Shown here: positions 36,382 to 48,819 of the stretch, piece by piece
How the letters are laid out: each line of letters starts with the position of its first letter
How positions within the stretch are numbered: the first letter of the stretch is position 1
Assembly (NCBI GenBank): GCA_964187785.1
Contig: OZ076409.1
Coordinates: 29,514,001-29,574,000 of the forward strand
DNA length: 60,000 nt
From: Amphiscolops sp. MND2022
Taxonomy: Eukaryota
Direction: 5' to 3'
The notes under the pieces: model-generated
What the model saw: the letters and a program-made list of their open reading frames with translations, nothing else
What the model was told of the DNA's origin: nothing
Database searches by the model: none
Made by a program: the position numbers and the translations under genes

Positions 36382-37028
36382 GTGAGTTGTGAATTGTATG
36401 CATATGAAACACAAAATTTTAAAACCTTGAGTACCGCGTTTCCGTTCTTTCGATAATCCTTAGACTTTCGCGCCGCTGAACTCTAATTTTACTGTTTTCC
36501 ATCTTTCAAGTAAAGCAAACGTTCAACGGACTTTTTGATAATAGTTTCTCTAATGTCTCTAGTATTTCAAAACAGGGTCGGCAAGTTTGAAAAAAAAACG
36601 TTTTGAACACAGCGGAAAAAAAACATGATTAAAACATGTGAAAAGAACAGATGTTTTTTTCGTTTGTTTGTAGTTGTTCTAGAATGCTATCGCTGATGCT
36701 TAATATATGCTCAGTTTGCTGATATGGTGGACAATCTGGTTTCGGCGGTACCAAGTTCAGCCGGATTGGAGCGACATTTTTCGACAATGGGGATGAGTTA
36801 CGGGACTCTGAGAAAGCTGTGTTTTTTGTATAAACAACTAAATAAGTGATGTGATCTGTAAAGATTGGGAAAAAATTTTTTCGGAAAAAAAACTTTTTCA
36901 AAAAAAAACTTCAATGCACGAAAAATACACAATTTTACCCAACCCTGATTCAAAACCCTTACAAAAAGAACTGATTTTGAGTCGGTCACACCCTTTTATT
37001 TCCAAACACTTTATTGTGAATTTTTCAG

Positions 37029-37697
37029 CAAGTTCAGCTAGAAAAGAAACTTACCCAAAACGAAGAGGCCATTCAGAAAAACAAAAAGAAGCAAAGTACT
37101 GATAACGAATGGGTTGAGAAATACTGTGTGGATCCGTTTGGAACTTTCGATGAACATGCTATGGATGTGTCCCTGTTTGATTTACACTCTGAAGGTGATC
37201 ACTTATACACATATGGAGCTTCTTTATTTAATTTCTCTAAGAAGAAATACGCCACATGGGGCTATCGTGGTACAAACCAAGTTCGCAACAGAACGAAACC
37301 CAAAGAAAACATGCCAGTTAGAAGCAGAACACCTGGAGAACTTGATTTTCAACTTATTGAAGAATCTGAAACTTCCCTGCAGGACTATTTGGACGAACGT
37401 TTCGAAGATCATGATTTATTGTGTGTGAAAAATTTGCCCGATTTGATGCGACTTCAGGCAAGTTTGAGACGAGCATTTCCAAAATGCGATGATTTGGATA
37501 CGATCAGTAGTTCTGGCTTCCAGCCTCATTTGACTCTGGGACAGTTCAAGAAGAGAAACATAGACACAGTTGTTCAGACTATCCAGAAGGATCTCTTCAA
37601 AGGAGCTGAAGAGTTCACTATAGACTCTATACATATCATTACCAGACATTCATACGATGATAAGTTTGAAGTTAGACATACTGTTGATCTAATGTAG
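37029..37697 (+). CDS. 2H phosphoesterase gene, exon 3 (terminal)
   Basis: tttcag|CAA in frame with ORF 37128-37697; LMRLQASLRRAFPKCDD...GFQPHLTLGQF (second HxT motif)...FTIDSIHIITR. Confidence 0.8.
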   Translation, partial: QVQLEKKLTQNEEAIQKNKKKQSTDNEWVEKYCVDPFGTFDEHAMDVSLFDLHSEGDHLYTYGASLFNFSKKKYATWGYRGTNQVRNRTKPKENMPVRSRTPGELDFQLIEESETSLQDYLDERFEDHDLLCVKNLPDLMRLQASLRRAFPKCDDLDTISSSGFQPHLTLGQFKKRNIDTVVQTIQKDLFKGAEEFTIDSIHIITRHSYDDKFEVRHTVDLM

Positions 37698-37847
37698 TAT
37701 TTCCAATCATTTTAGTCAAATGGTTTTTAATTTTTTTTATTGATGGAGTCAAATATCAAGTAGTTAATATTTCTTAATTTAAATGCCAAAGCGTTAATTT
37801 GAATTTATTTAATTGTATCAAATACCTTCTGATGTACGTCAGACTAC

Positions 37848-38190
37848 ATTTTTAGTCGGCGCTTTTCGTAGAAAAACGCAGACTATAATAGTGACTTTTT
37901 TCTTTTTATAAGACCAACGAAGTGACAGATTTTATAAGCTGGCTTCCACTAACTGCCACACTAATGTAGCTTCTGATTTTTTTGAGGTCTGCCAAGCAGA
38001 AGGACGTGGGTTCGAGTCCCGCCCTTCAGCAAAATTTTTTTGTGCAGGTATTTAATGTCTCCAAAGGGTCCCCCCTTCATTTTTTTTCTATTTTGCAAAA
38101 GAATGGATGTTCAAAAACTCCCAAAGCCCCCTTTTACATTCTTCGGCACTATGCGACTTACCGGAGACCATTAAAAAATTTCGAAAAAAG
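37848..38190 (+). mobile_element. 5' part of a HINE (AGTCGGCGC family) abutting the Gypsy integrase remnant
   Basis: TTTTTAGTCGGCGC start; AAAGGGTCCCCC motifs; contains a B-box-like GGTTCGAGTCC. Confidence 0.55.
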
Positions 38191-41100
38191 TCAATTTGTA
38201 ACATGTCACCAGGAAAAAGTTGCTCGGATGATATAGGTTGTAATGGCGGGTTTAGATGTTTTTTAACCACTCTTTTCTGAGTCAAGCGTGAAAGACAATT
38301 TTTCACGTAGTCTATCAAAAGGTTCTGGAAAACCCGGGAAATAGAACCTCTTGCGAAATTCTTTGGCTGTCCTCACTATTCGTATATGTCCTCCTGTGGG
38401 TGAATTACGGATTCTATACACAACTTCTTTCCTCAAATGCTTAGGGATGCAAACTTGAAGATTTGAAACTTTACCAACATCAAAGAAATTCCGGAAAAGA
38501 GTTCCTTTTCGAAGCTGCAATCCGTCTAAGTGTTTATAATACTTTTTCAATTCGAAGGAGGCGTACGTTAAATCATCAGTACACCCTTTTTAATCCAGTC
38601 AATGACTTTTCTTATTACTGGGTCTTTTCGCTGTTCTTCTTGGATGTCAAGTTTTTGCGTATTAGAACTATTGACTTCGAGGTAATTCAAAGGGTCGTCT
38701 TGCTGTATCGAGTTGCACTCGGGAGCCCTTTTCGCACAAAGTTCTGCAATTGAATCTTCTGATGCCGATTTTAGGAGGTCATTTAAATTTGGGATCAGCT
38801 GTAGCAGCTGAGCATTTGATTGAAGTGTTTCTATTAGTTCTGGCGACAAGAGTTTGCTTGTTGTATCATCATGTGAGTTATGTTCGTTTGAATCAATCAA
38901 CATTGAAGCATCCGGTGTTTTAGCTTTCATATCTATCTCAATGTTTCATCGGTATTGAATATAAGAGTTGAAGCTCTAAACTTTGTGTTGGGTCAGTTTG
39001 CATTCATGATAGAAAATCTGTTGCTGCATTTGCGCGACCTAATTTATGCGCTAGAACTATATTGTATGCATTTACCCCGTCCATAAAATTCCACAATGCT
39101 GGATGTAATGATTTTGACTAGAGAAAACTCGTCAAACTTTTATCTGATAAAAATGATTACTGGCTTTTCTGCTCCCCAAATGAAGTGTGAAAAATACTCC
39201 AATGCAAAATAAAGTGTCAGAAATTGCTTACAATAAGTTGACATTTTGAGTTGACTTGTATTGAACAATTGTGATACAAAGGATACTGGTGCATACGCTT
39301 GCTTTTTTGTTCCGTCTTTTTGTTCTAGATAGTCTTCAATCATTGAAACAAAATCACTACTGTAGTAACTTGCGTCGCACAGAATCATACTGTTGACCAG
39401 GTTTTGCTAATCTCAGTGTAGTTTTTGTTGCTTGAAGTAAGTTTGTCTTAATTTCATCGAAGCTTCTAAGATGTTCATCGTCTATTATGAATTCTACATC
39501 TTTTCTGAGTAATTTGTACTAAGACATTAGGTTTTGCGCTAGGTTCGGCATGAAATTTCGAAAGAACAAGGTGAATCCAACAAGTCTTTTCACTTGTTTC
39601 ATAGTTGCCGGTACTTTTTGCACATGACGGAGTCAATGTGCCTTGCAGTCCAGCTAAGAAAGTTTTTTTTCCACTATAGTCAACTTCATAATGAGCGCTT
39701 TTTAGAATAAAGCCAAAACCCCAGAGATTCGAACCTGCAGCCTCCCGATTGCACGGCATAAGTGTTGACCACTGTGCCATAGGGACGTTTATGAACAAAG
39801 TTGAACTGTTGAATATCTACGCATGCGATTAAAATAATATATATACGCATATTAAAATAATCGATGTCTTCGTCATGTGTTGCGAAGCACCGCTTCGCCT
39901 CTGTGTATAGTTTTCAGAAACTTCTCTATTTTTTTCTGTTTCCGGTTTGAGACCTTGTGGAGTTATGGTATTGCCGAGAAAAGTGATTGATTTCATTCCG
40001 AATTCACACTTGTGCGGTGTTAACCTCAATCCTGATTTTCGCAAGCAATCAAATATTTGACTGAGTGTTGGAATCATGTGTGTTCAAATTATTCTTCTCC
40101 ACATTCAATGTCATCCATGAAGTGTGTACATAAATTTGCTGCCAAACATGAATCAAGATAATTTCAGACAAATGAGCTAAACACTGTCACTGATTTGTTC
40201 AAAACTTGAGCTAATCTTGTATAGGCATAAGTTCGCGAAGCGAAATTGGATTACAGTAATTGGACTGATAAGGGGTCAGCCATTTGTACACAGTTATCAC
40301 TGTAATCCTTGCGAAGAAGGTGATTAACTCTTCTCAAATCAATCAAAATCCTCAATTTTCCTGACGGTTTCCTTTGTGCAAGGATTGGGCTACTATATTC
40401 AGAGTTTGGTAATAAGGTGACAATGCCATAATATTGCATGAGTGCTAGTTCCACTAATTTTTCTCGCAAGTGTATTGGTGTGGGAAGACATTGCACATAA
40501 ACTGGTAAATCTTGCGCAGGAGTAAGTTTTACTTTCAGTTCCGTATTGTATCCAACATCAAATCTGTGTTTTGCAAGAATGTCCTAATCTTCAACTAAAA
40601 GTTTTTGTATCTCTGTAATTTGGTCTGAATTCATTGCTGATTTGGACCAGTCAAACTGTTGCAGAAATTTTTCCGTATCTGCAGTACTCTTTATCGGGTC
40701 CAGTGTATCACTCGTAATTCTGTTAAATGATCATAAATTTTTCGTTGGACTGGCGGCAACTTTTCTGGATTTTGACAAGTTTCAGGTTTTGGGAACCCAA
40801 TTTTGTCATATTCAGGCGGAGGTCTTTTGGGTTGATTTTTGGCGTCATTTTTACCCGTCCAAATTATTTGATTAACTCCATTCAAAACCGCCGTCTTTCA
40901 TTTTATCTAATGCTAATAATTCCGGACCAATTTCGTTTAAGTCTTTCTCCTCTTGCGGGGAAAATTTGAAAGACTGCTATTGGTTTGTTTTTGGGAAGCG
41001 TAATCACATGATCATTTAAGTTGATAGCCAGAACTTGCACTGCATTATTTTTCCTCACTTTAACAACCGCTGATGAAAGTTTCAAGTTTGTGGTGTCTTC

Positions 41101-43916
41101 AAATTCTTCATCTGGAATTATCCCAATATGTCCTTCTAAATCCGTCGATACTTCTTTTTGTGTACAAAGTTTTTTGATTGTGCGCTTTAATCACAGGTGT
41201 TTGTGTCTTGGGCATGGGTATCTTGTTTTGGGAATCTTTCCTGCCTTTCGGAATTTTAATTTCATTCAACTGATACGTCATTTCTGGAAGTTTCAGTAAG
41301 TTTTCTCCTGGACTAATATCCATATTATACTTTTTGAAAAACGGGTTTCCTAGAACAACACTGTTCATGGATGGTAAAATCAAAAATGCATCTTGAAAAT
41401 CATGATAATTCACTTTAAACTTGACCTCTATTTGTGCTAAAACTTCAACTGTCCGTCCTGAGGCTACCTTTACATTTAGAAAAGGAGCTTGTTGTAGCTC
41501 CGAAATTGAATTTGGACTTTCATCTTTTGGTTTTTCATAAAAGTCTGCCGGCATGGCATTTGCACAGGCTCCTGTGTCAACAAGAGCTTTTCTACGCACA
41601 TTATTTTCAAATGTGAGAGCAATATACATGTGGTTTTCTCTTCAAGTGTTATTACTTCATTAATTTCATCGTCTGTTGTTTCATTATATTCGTTTTGCAA
41701 AGCGTCTAGCACTTCACCCTTATCTCTCCTGCAAATTTTCAGCATGAAAACTACATGAATGGTCCATATTAAACAGTAATGAATTATCTGGACTGTCTGA
41801 CGTGTGTGGCTTTATCAGTTTTTTGGCTGTGAATTGAAAAAAGTTTGACCACCTCTGCTATTTCCTCTTCCAGAGGCAACGCAAAGTTTTACAGCATTGT
41901 TTGGGTAACCACATGCGTGACAAAATACTTGTGAGAATTACAATTTCAACATGTCCGCTAGTATCAGTGGTAGTCTCTACTGTAGTTTCAACATTCTGAT
42001 CATTATTTCGCTAATTATTGTCAGAAAAGTTATTATTAGAGTAATTTCCTCTATTGTTTCCTCTTCAGTTACCTCTGCCTTGATTTTTTCCTCGATTGTA
42101 ATTATTACCGTATCTTCCATTACCCTGATTGTTTTGGTAATATCCTCCACTATTACCTCTGTTATTGTTATTTCTGCGATAATTTCCTCTTCCCCTGTTG
42201 TTCTGGTAGTTATTGTAGTGATTTTGATTATCGTTTTGCCCATTTTGTACAGTCGTTTCTCTTTCTGTGAGTGCATTCGTCTTGTCTTCCAATGCGTTTT
42301 GGTTTTCAGGCATTTTCGTGAGCACGCTCAAAAGTTTTTCGGAATGGTCATTACTCATTAAAACCATCTCGTGATTAGTCATTTACTGGGCAAAGTTCTC
42401 TTAGTATCAGTTTTTGTCTAGCTTTTGTGCACGATTCTTCAATTGTAGCTGTTTCCGGTTCCTCAAGCAGCTTCAGTCTTATGGAATTTGGCATCGCTTT
42501 CTTGAAAAACCTAATTATATGCCTTTCTCTCTCCTTTTGTGCAAAGTTTCTACGGTTTGTGTTTTCTCTAGTTTCTCCGTCAAATCTGTCCTGATCATTA
42601 GCCACGTTGTTATCCACTGGTGCCACTGGAAGATACACTGGTGTTGGATAAGCTTTTAAGGAGAAGTTTTCAAATTTTACTAGAAATTTTTCAGGCGATT
42701 CAGTCTTGTGATTAAACCTCAAATTCTCTAAGTTTATGTGGTGGATTTCTCTCAAGTTCGAATTACAGAAATAGTTTTTCAACGCTGTAAGTGTTAGTTC
42801 TAAGTCTCTTTCAGTAGCATTATCCAAAGTATGGAAAAACTGCAGAGCAGAATCTTTTAGCTATAGTTTCAAGTAACCAACTCTTTGCGCGGCGTCAATT
42901 TTCGCTACTTCAACAAGACTTCGGAATTGGGATTCGAAATCGGTCCTAATTTTCAGACGAGGTACCTCCGAATTTTTGGATAGTAACTATCGATTGATCT
43001 GCTGCCATTACCGCTAAAATTTAGAACGTTCGAGTCTCGTTTTTTTTTCAATCATGAAGGCGCGAAACGGGTGTAAAGATACTGCCTCATATAATACTAC
43101 TGCATTGCGCTCCAATGATATTAGCATGGTATCAGATGAATGATGAGCTGTTTGTTGTCTGAGATCAGTCAATGAAAGCAATCTGAGCGCTTTAATTACA
43201 TTACAGCTTGCTAAAGCCTAGAACAGAATAAAAGTGAACTTACATGCAAGCTGAAGTTCGTATGGACTCATTGTCGTTTAAAAATCGGCAGGTTGAAATT
43301 GACCCTCAGGTGAACAGAAATGCGTAGATCTTTTTGGTTCGCCCAAGTTGTCGTTTGACGTCTCTTTCGGCAGCTCCCAGGTTTGAACTCGTCGAGGAAG
43401 TTATGTTGTCCCAGGTAGAAATTCCTCTAGAAATAGTCTGGTAGAAGTTGGAGTCGTTGCTGTTTTTAGATGAGTGTTTAGTTTGTACAGTTTCTTCGCG
43501 CGCAGGACTGTCACCATATTATGTATACAACTATGCTTTTTCCTTAAGGCCAGAGCGGGTTTTCTTCTCTTCTATTTCAGATATTCTCATGGAGGGGGTT
43601 CGACGACGAAATGGTCTCTACTAAAGTCTTCCTTCAGAGAGTTCCACAAAAAGAAGGTTGGTTAAAAGTCAACTATATTCTGAGTATCACAAGTTCTTAC
43701 TGTTCAGTATTTAAGTTAAATCCGATGAGTTCTGAAAGGTTCAAATCTTATTCTTATCTGGAAAATACCAAATTTATCTCTCTCATTAACAGGCGTCAGT
43801 TATGGTCAGCTTTATAGATTACAGAGGAACGTCTTAACATAGATAAATGCTCCAGTCTCTCTATCACATCATGGAATGTGACATACTCTTAACAGTTTCT
43901 GAAACATTCTACTACA
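38190..43916 (-). mobile_element. Degenerate Gypsy LTR retrotransposon copy 1 (LTR ~43116-43916, PBS, gag, PR, RT, RNase H, partial INT)
   Basis: Frameshifted pieces in Gypsy order: gag 42827-42065 with Asn-rich tail, protease ALVDTGA, RT (SSPILAQRKPSGKLRILIDLRRVN; FMDDI ~40110; LTPHKCEF), RNase H MILCDAS, integrase zinc-finger region NSPTGGH. PBS-like TGGAGCGCAATGCAG next to LTR CA. Confidence 0.85.
39620..39906 (+). mobile_element. HINE with tRNA-like cassette, inserted in Gypsy pol
   Basis: 5' GCACATGACG hairpin; 3' CGTCATGTGT subTIR plus GCGAAGCACCGCTTCGC stem-loop and CTCTGTGT. Removing it (plus one T) restores FLKTIKVPATMKQVKR. Minus-strand A box TGGCACAGTGG and B box GGTTCGAATC at ~39721-39787. 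Confidence 0.75.
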
Positions 43917-44699
43917 GTCAATTTTGATGACTTAACATTGATTCCATACGTTGCGAGAGAGCGTAACATACGTTATAAGAGCTGCCTCTCCAAAGTCGAG
44001 TTATTTTTGGGCGAAAGCAGGAATAATATCGAAATCTGAATTATTGAACTTTTTTTAATTCACTTTTTGACGTGATTCCGAGTACCTACTGAAAAATTGA
44101 GATTCTTTGTTCGGCAGTGAGTATAAGCGTGAAATTTGAATTTCTCAAGCTGCTGACAATTCGTTTCTCGTACGATTGAACGAGCGAGTGGTAATTATGC
44201 ATTCGTACGCCGAATTCATTGAGATGGAGCGAGCGAATGTTAGTAATAATGCTTTCGTACTCCGAGTTATTGAGATGAAGCGAACGAGTGTTAATTATTC
44301 GTTCGCCGAGAGCTTCGCCTGCATTCAAATGCGAGTGCGAAACTTCGTCTACGCTTAGTAGTTATATTTTCTTTAGTCCGAGAAGAATTGAAGGTGATGT
44401 AAACTGGTCGAGTGACTAATTGTGCTCTATATAAATAAGATATGTTTGTATTATTGAACCTGAAAGCCTAAAAGCAGAAATATTACGGTGCCTCACAGGG
44501 AACTGTTTTTTAGCGTCCCAAACTGCAACTGAAATTTTCCGGGTCGATTTATTTAGGATCGAATTTAACAGCACTATAGCAATGGTATAATATGAATGAA
44601 ATTTCCACTTCTTTCGATCCAGGAAAAATCAAATTCAATTCAATCCTAGATAATTTTGCACATTTTTTGATTCTAAATAATTCGACTCTTGTGCAGCAA

Positions 44700-46500
44700 C
44701 CCCTTTCATACAACCAGATTCTACTTTCTTCAGGAAGGGGGCTTCCTTCCTTTTGTAAATTCAACCATTGACGTTAAATTTCTATTTTATAATGAATTTA
44801 CTATTTTCCAATAGGCAATTTCACGAGACCGGGTCTGCAATATTTGAAACGTTGTTTCCAAATTGGTTTTGTTCCAGTACATCGATTGTTCAGAATTATT
44901 AAAAACAAGCAAAAGGAGTGGGCAAGGTCAAAGGGGATCCGAAAGTACAGAAACAGTGTCAATAATGTCGGATCTTTTAGAAGATGAAAAAGTAAACATG
45001 GAAAACCTTTTATTAGCCTACGGTTTTTTGCGTTAAAAAAATTAAAAAGCTATTCAAAGAAGAAAACAATTGAAAGAAAATTCATAAGGCTTCTTTGTTC
45101 AGCTGTGAATTTTAGCATCAAACACACCCATCAGTCAGTTCTAATAAATAGTTCGGAAACAATCCTTCGTCTATAAAAAAATTCAGTACCTTTGTACACC
45201 CGTAGCGTAATGAATTGATCGTAATGAAATTAAAGTAATCGTAATAGGTTCTTTACATCAGTGCAAATTTCTTAAGATGTGTAATGTATGTACAACCTTA
45301 TAAAAGGATTCCGTTTTCCAAAATTGGTTTCACATAGATGTTGTAATTTTCGACCAAAACATGGGATGCAAAATATCTCAATTCCGACGCAATGCCAACA
45401 GCTTAAGATAGCTTCTTCTTGAGATGATCGATTTGATATGACAATTTCGGCTGATTATCAGTGTGAGCGCCTAGTTATTAAAAGGTTTTACTTTCTTGAA
45501 TTTCCATTTAATCGAGAGCAAGATTCCGTGGTGATTTGACTTTAACAGATACGCATTTGGTTTTCCCCATGTTCAGGCATTGCTTATAGGTAGCTCACCA
45601 ATCGTTCCTTTTTTCAGTTCTCTCAGGATCTTAATACGAAGTCCTTTATTCGGTTAAGTAACCAATAGGGTAGTGTCATCTGCGAAAAAGTCGGGTTCGT
45701 TTGAACACAAAATTCAGCCAAATCATTCGTGTATAGGATAAATTGCACAGAGACTTGAAGTACATATTTTGTGATTGCTGCACCTTTTTTGATTTAAAAT
45801 CTTGATTGCGGATTCTACTTCATTGACTACAACGAACTTTTTCTTATCAGAGAGGTATAACCTAAACGAATTCAGAACATCACCACACATTCTCAGCCGG
45901 TTCATTTTCGCTATAAGAATTCCGTGGTCAATAGAGTCAAAAGCTTCATTCAGATCTAGGAATCCATATTTGATTCTGGATTTGGAACTTTTCTAACCAT
46001 TTCAGTTGAATTGCAATTGCATTAACTGTTGACCTTTTACAGCAGTTTCGGAATTGAGACACAGAGTAGGTCGAATTGTAGAAGGAACCTGTTAGAAAAC
46101 TTCCGAAATATTTCAAAGAATTTTCCCCTGAATTGAATGAAATATTTCCCCTGAATTGAATGATGTTATGACTTTGGCTATTTTAAGTCAATCAGGCAGT
46201 TTTCCTTGTTACACAGAAAGATTGATAAATTGTACTAAAATTGGATATATCACGACGCTACTGACTTTCAAGACTTCACAGGGTATGCCATCTACACCAG
46301 TTGATTTAGAATCCTTCAGGGTTTTGCGGATTGAATTGATTTCGACCACAATAGTTGGATTGAAGTAGCGTGAGAAGGGGTCCCTCCAATTTGTTTAAGT
46401 ATGGTAAATATTTCTGAATTAATTTTGGCGAGGGCTTGTTGACCGAGAGTAAGTAGATGCTGATTGAAACATTCTGGTCGTCTGATATGTTTTGCCTAAA
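44700..46500 (-). pseudogene. Degenerate CR1/L2-like LINE, RT and 3' region (copy 1)
   Basis: FLDLNEAFDSIDHGILIAKMN at ~45900-45963; FADDTTL at ~45668-45688; many stops. Confidence 0.75.
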
Positions 46501-48070
46501 ACGTTATTCAAGTTATGGAAAAGAGCTGTTTATCCTCAAGGGAATAGGAAAATAACTGATTGTAATATTGCTTTTTGTTGGACAAGAGATTTGATTTTCT
46601 TTCGACATTTAAGGCATCAAAAATTGCACATATACGATTGCTCTGATAACGTTAATATTACCTGATTTTTTCGATACTTGATTTTTCACATTTTTGTCAT
46701 ACCAGGGAAGTTTCAGACGTTCGCACTTGAGCTTGATGAAACAATCTATGCTCTCATTGATGATTGAAAAGAAATTCCCCATTCCTGCATTGAGATCCGA
46801 CGTCTCTGATAAATTCTGCCAACAGTTCTGGATAACTTGTTCTTGAGATGATCGATGTGATATGAGAATTTCATCGATAACAAGATTCTGTGATGATTTG
46901 ACTTTCATAGATATTACTTTCCGACCTTAGTTGGATTGAAGTAGCGTGAGAAGGGTCCTCCGATTCGGTTAAGTATGGTAAAATTTTCTGAAATAATTTT
47001 GGCGAGGGCTTGTTTACCGACAGTAAGTAAATGCTGATCGAAACATTCTGGTCGTCTGATTTATGTTCTGGCTAAAACGTTATTCAAGTCATGAAAAAGA
47101 GCTGTTTATCCTCAAGGGAATAGGAAAATAACTGACTGTAATATTGTTTTTTGTTGGACAAGAGATTTGACTTTCTTTCGACATTTTTTAAGGCATCAAA
47201 ATTGCACATATACGATTGCTCTGATAACGTTAATATTACCTGATTTTTTTAGATACTTGATTTTTCACATTTTTGTCATACCAGGGAAGTTTCAGACGTT
47301 TGCACCTGAGCTTGATGAAACAATCTATGCTCTCATTGATGATTGAAAAGAATTTCCCCATTTCTGCATTGAGATCCGACGTTGCTGATAAATTCTGCCA
47401 ACAGTTTTGGATAACTTGTTCTTGAGATGATCGATGTGATATGAGAATTTCATCGATAACAAGATTCTGTGATGATTTGACTTTCATAGATATTACTTTC
47501 CGATATTAGTTGGAATGAAGTAGCGTGAGAAGGGGTCCCTCCGATTTGGTTAAGTATGGTAAAATTTTCTGAAATAATTTTGGCGAGGACTTGTTGACCG
47601 ACAGTAAGTAAATGCTGATTGAAACATTCTGGTCGTCTGATATATTTTCTGCCTGAAACGATATTCAAGTTATGGAAAAGAGCTGTTTATCCTCAAGGGA
47701 ATTTGAAAGTAACTGATTGTAATATTGCTTTTTGTTGGACAAGAGATTTGACTTTCTTTCGACATTTTTTAAGGCATCAAAATTTGCACATGTACGATTG
47801 CTCTGATAACGTTAATATGACTTGATTTATTTAGATACTTGATTTTTCACGTTTTTGTCATACCAGGGAAGTTTCAGACGTTTGCACCTGAGCTTGATGA
47901 AACAATCTATGCTCTCATTGATGATTGAAATGAATTTCCCCATTCCTGCATTCAGATCCGAATTCGCTGATAAATTCTGCCAACAGTTTTAGAAAACTTG
48001 TTCTTGAGATGATCGATGCGATATGAGAATTTCATCTATAACAAGGTTCTGTGATTTGACTTTCATAGAT
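46352..48070. repeat. Three tandem ~577-bp copies of a LINE ORF2-derived segment
   Basis: TAGTTGGA(T/A)TGAAGTAGCGTGAGAAG at ~46352, 46929, 47507; repeated ORFs ...LKLPWYDKNVKNQVSKK. Confidence 0.85.
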
Positions 48071-48130
48071 GCGCAATTGATTTTCCCCACCTTTAGGTAT
48101 AGCTTGTTGGTAGCTAACCAATCTTTCCCT

Positions 48131-48660
48131 TTTTTAGTCGGCGTTTTCGAAGAAAAACCCGACTCTTACAGTGGCTTGTTTTTTTTCGTCAGTTCAACGC
48201 GACCGGTCCACTTTTTGTGCATTGTGCACTTTTACCATATGTTCTTAGTACTTCATATTCAACGCATCCAAAGCCTCCAACATGAGATAAAAAGTCATTC
48301 CAAAGCAGAGGGGTCCCCCGTTCAACTTTTTCGACACTATGAGACTTTTGCCTTTTTTCGGCACTGAGATTGTTCAAATTTCTCGTTTCTTCAGAAATTT
48401 TTTTAATGCTCCAAATTGTCCCTTATCAATTTTTTGATATTTTGCAACAGATAGGATGTTCAAAAAATCCCAACGGGTCCCCCTTTTACATTTTTCGGCA
48501 CCATGAGACTTCAAAAACCTTTCGAAAAAAAAATCGGAAACATTGTTTCCTCAATTTTTAGTTTTTTGAGAGCTTTTGTTGTCTCCAGTTGTAGAAAAAG
48601 TGATTTTCGAGTCCTAATGAGCCGTAGACATGGCGCCGACTTAGGCCGTTCCCGGCATGT
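48131..48660 (+). mobile_element. HINE (AGTCGGCG family)
   Basis: TTTTTAGTCGGCG...CCGACT at the 5' end; GGCGCCGACTTAGGCCGTTCCCGGCATGT at the 3' end, with a variant stem (GCCG/CGGC) that still pairs. Confidence 0.7.
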
Positions 48661-48819
48661 TAACTTTCTCAGAATCTTAATCCGAAGTTCTTTAGTCGGT
48701 TAGGTAACAAATAGAGTAGTATCATCTGCGAAAAAGTCGGCTTCGTTTGAATACAATTTCAGCCAAGTCTTTCGTGTATATGATAAATAGCACAGGGCCT
48801 TGAAGTACATCTTTTTTGA

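Noticed and set aside
41951..42361. Hydrophobic membrane-protein-like ORF (and its duplicate 50863-51276)
   Set aside because: Antisense shadow of the Asn-rich (AAT/AAC) Gypsy gag tail.
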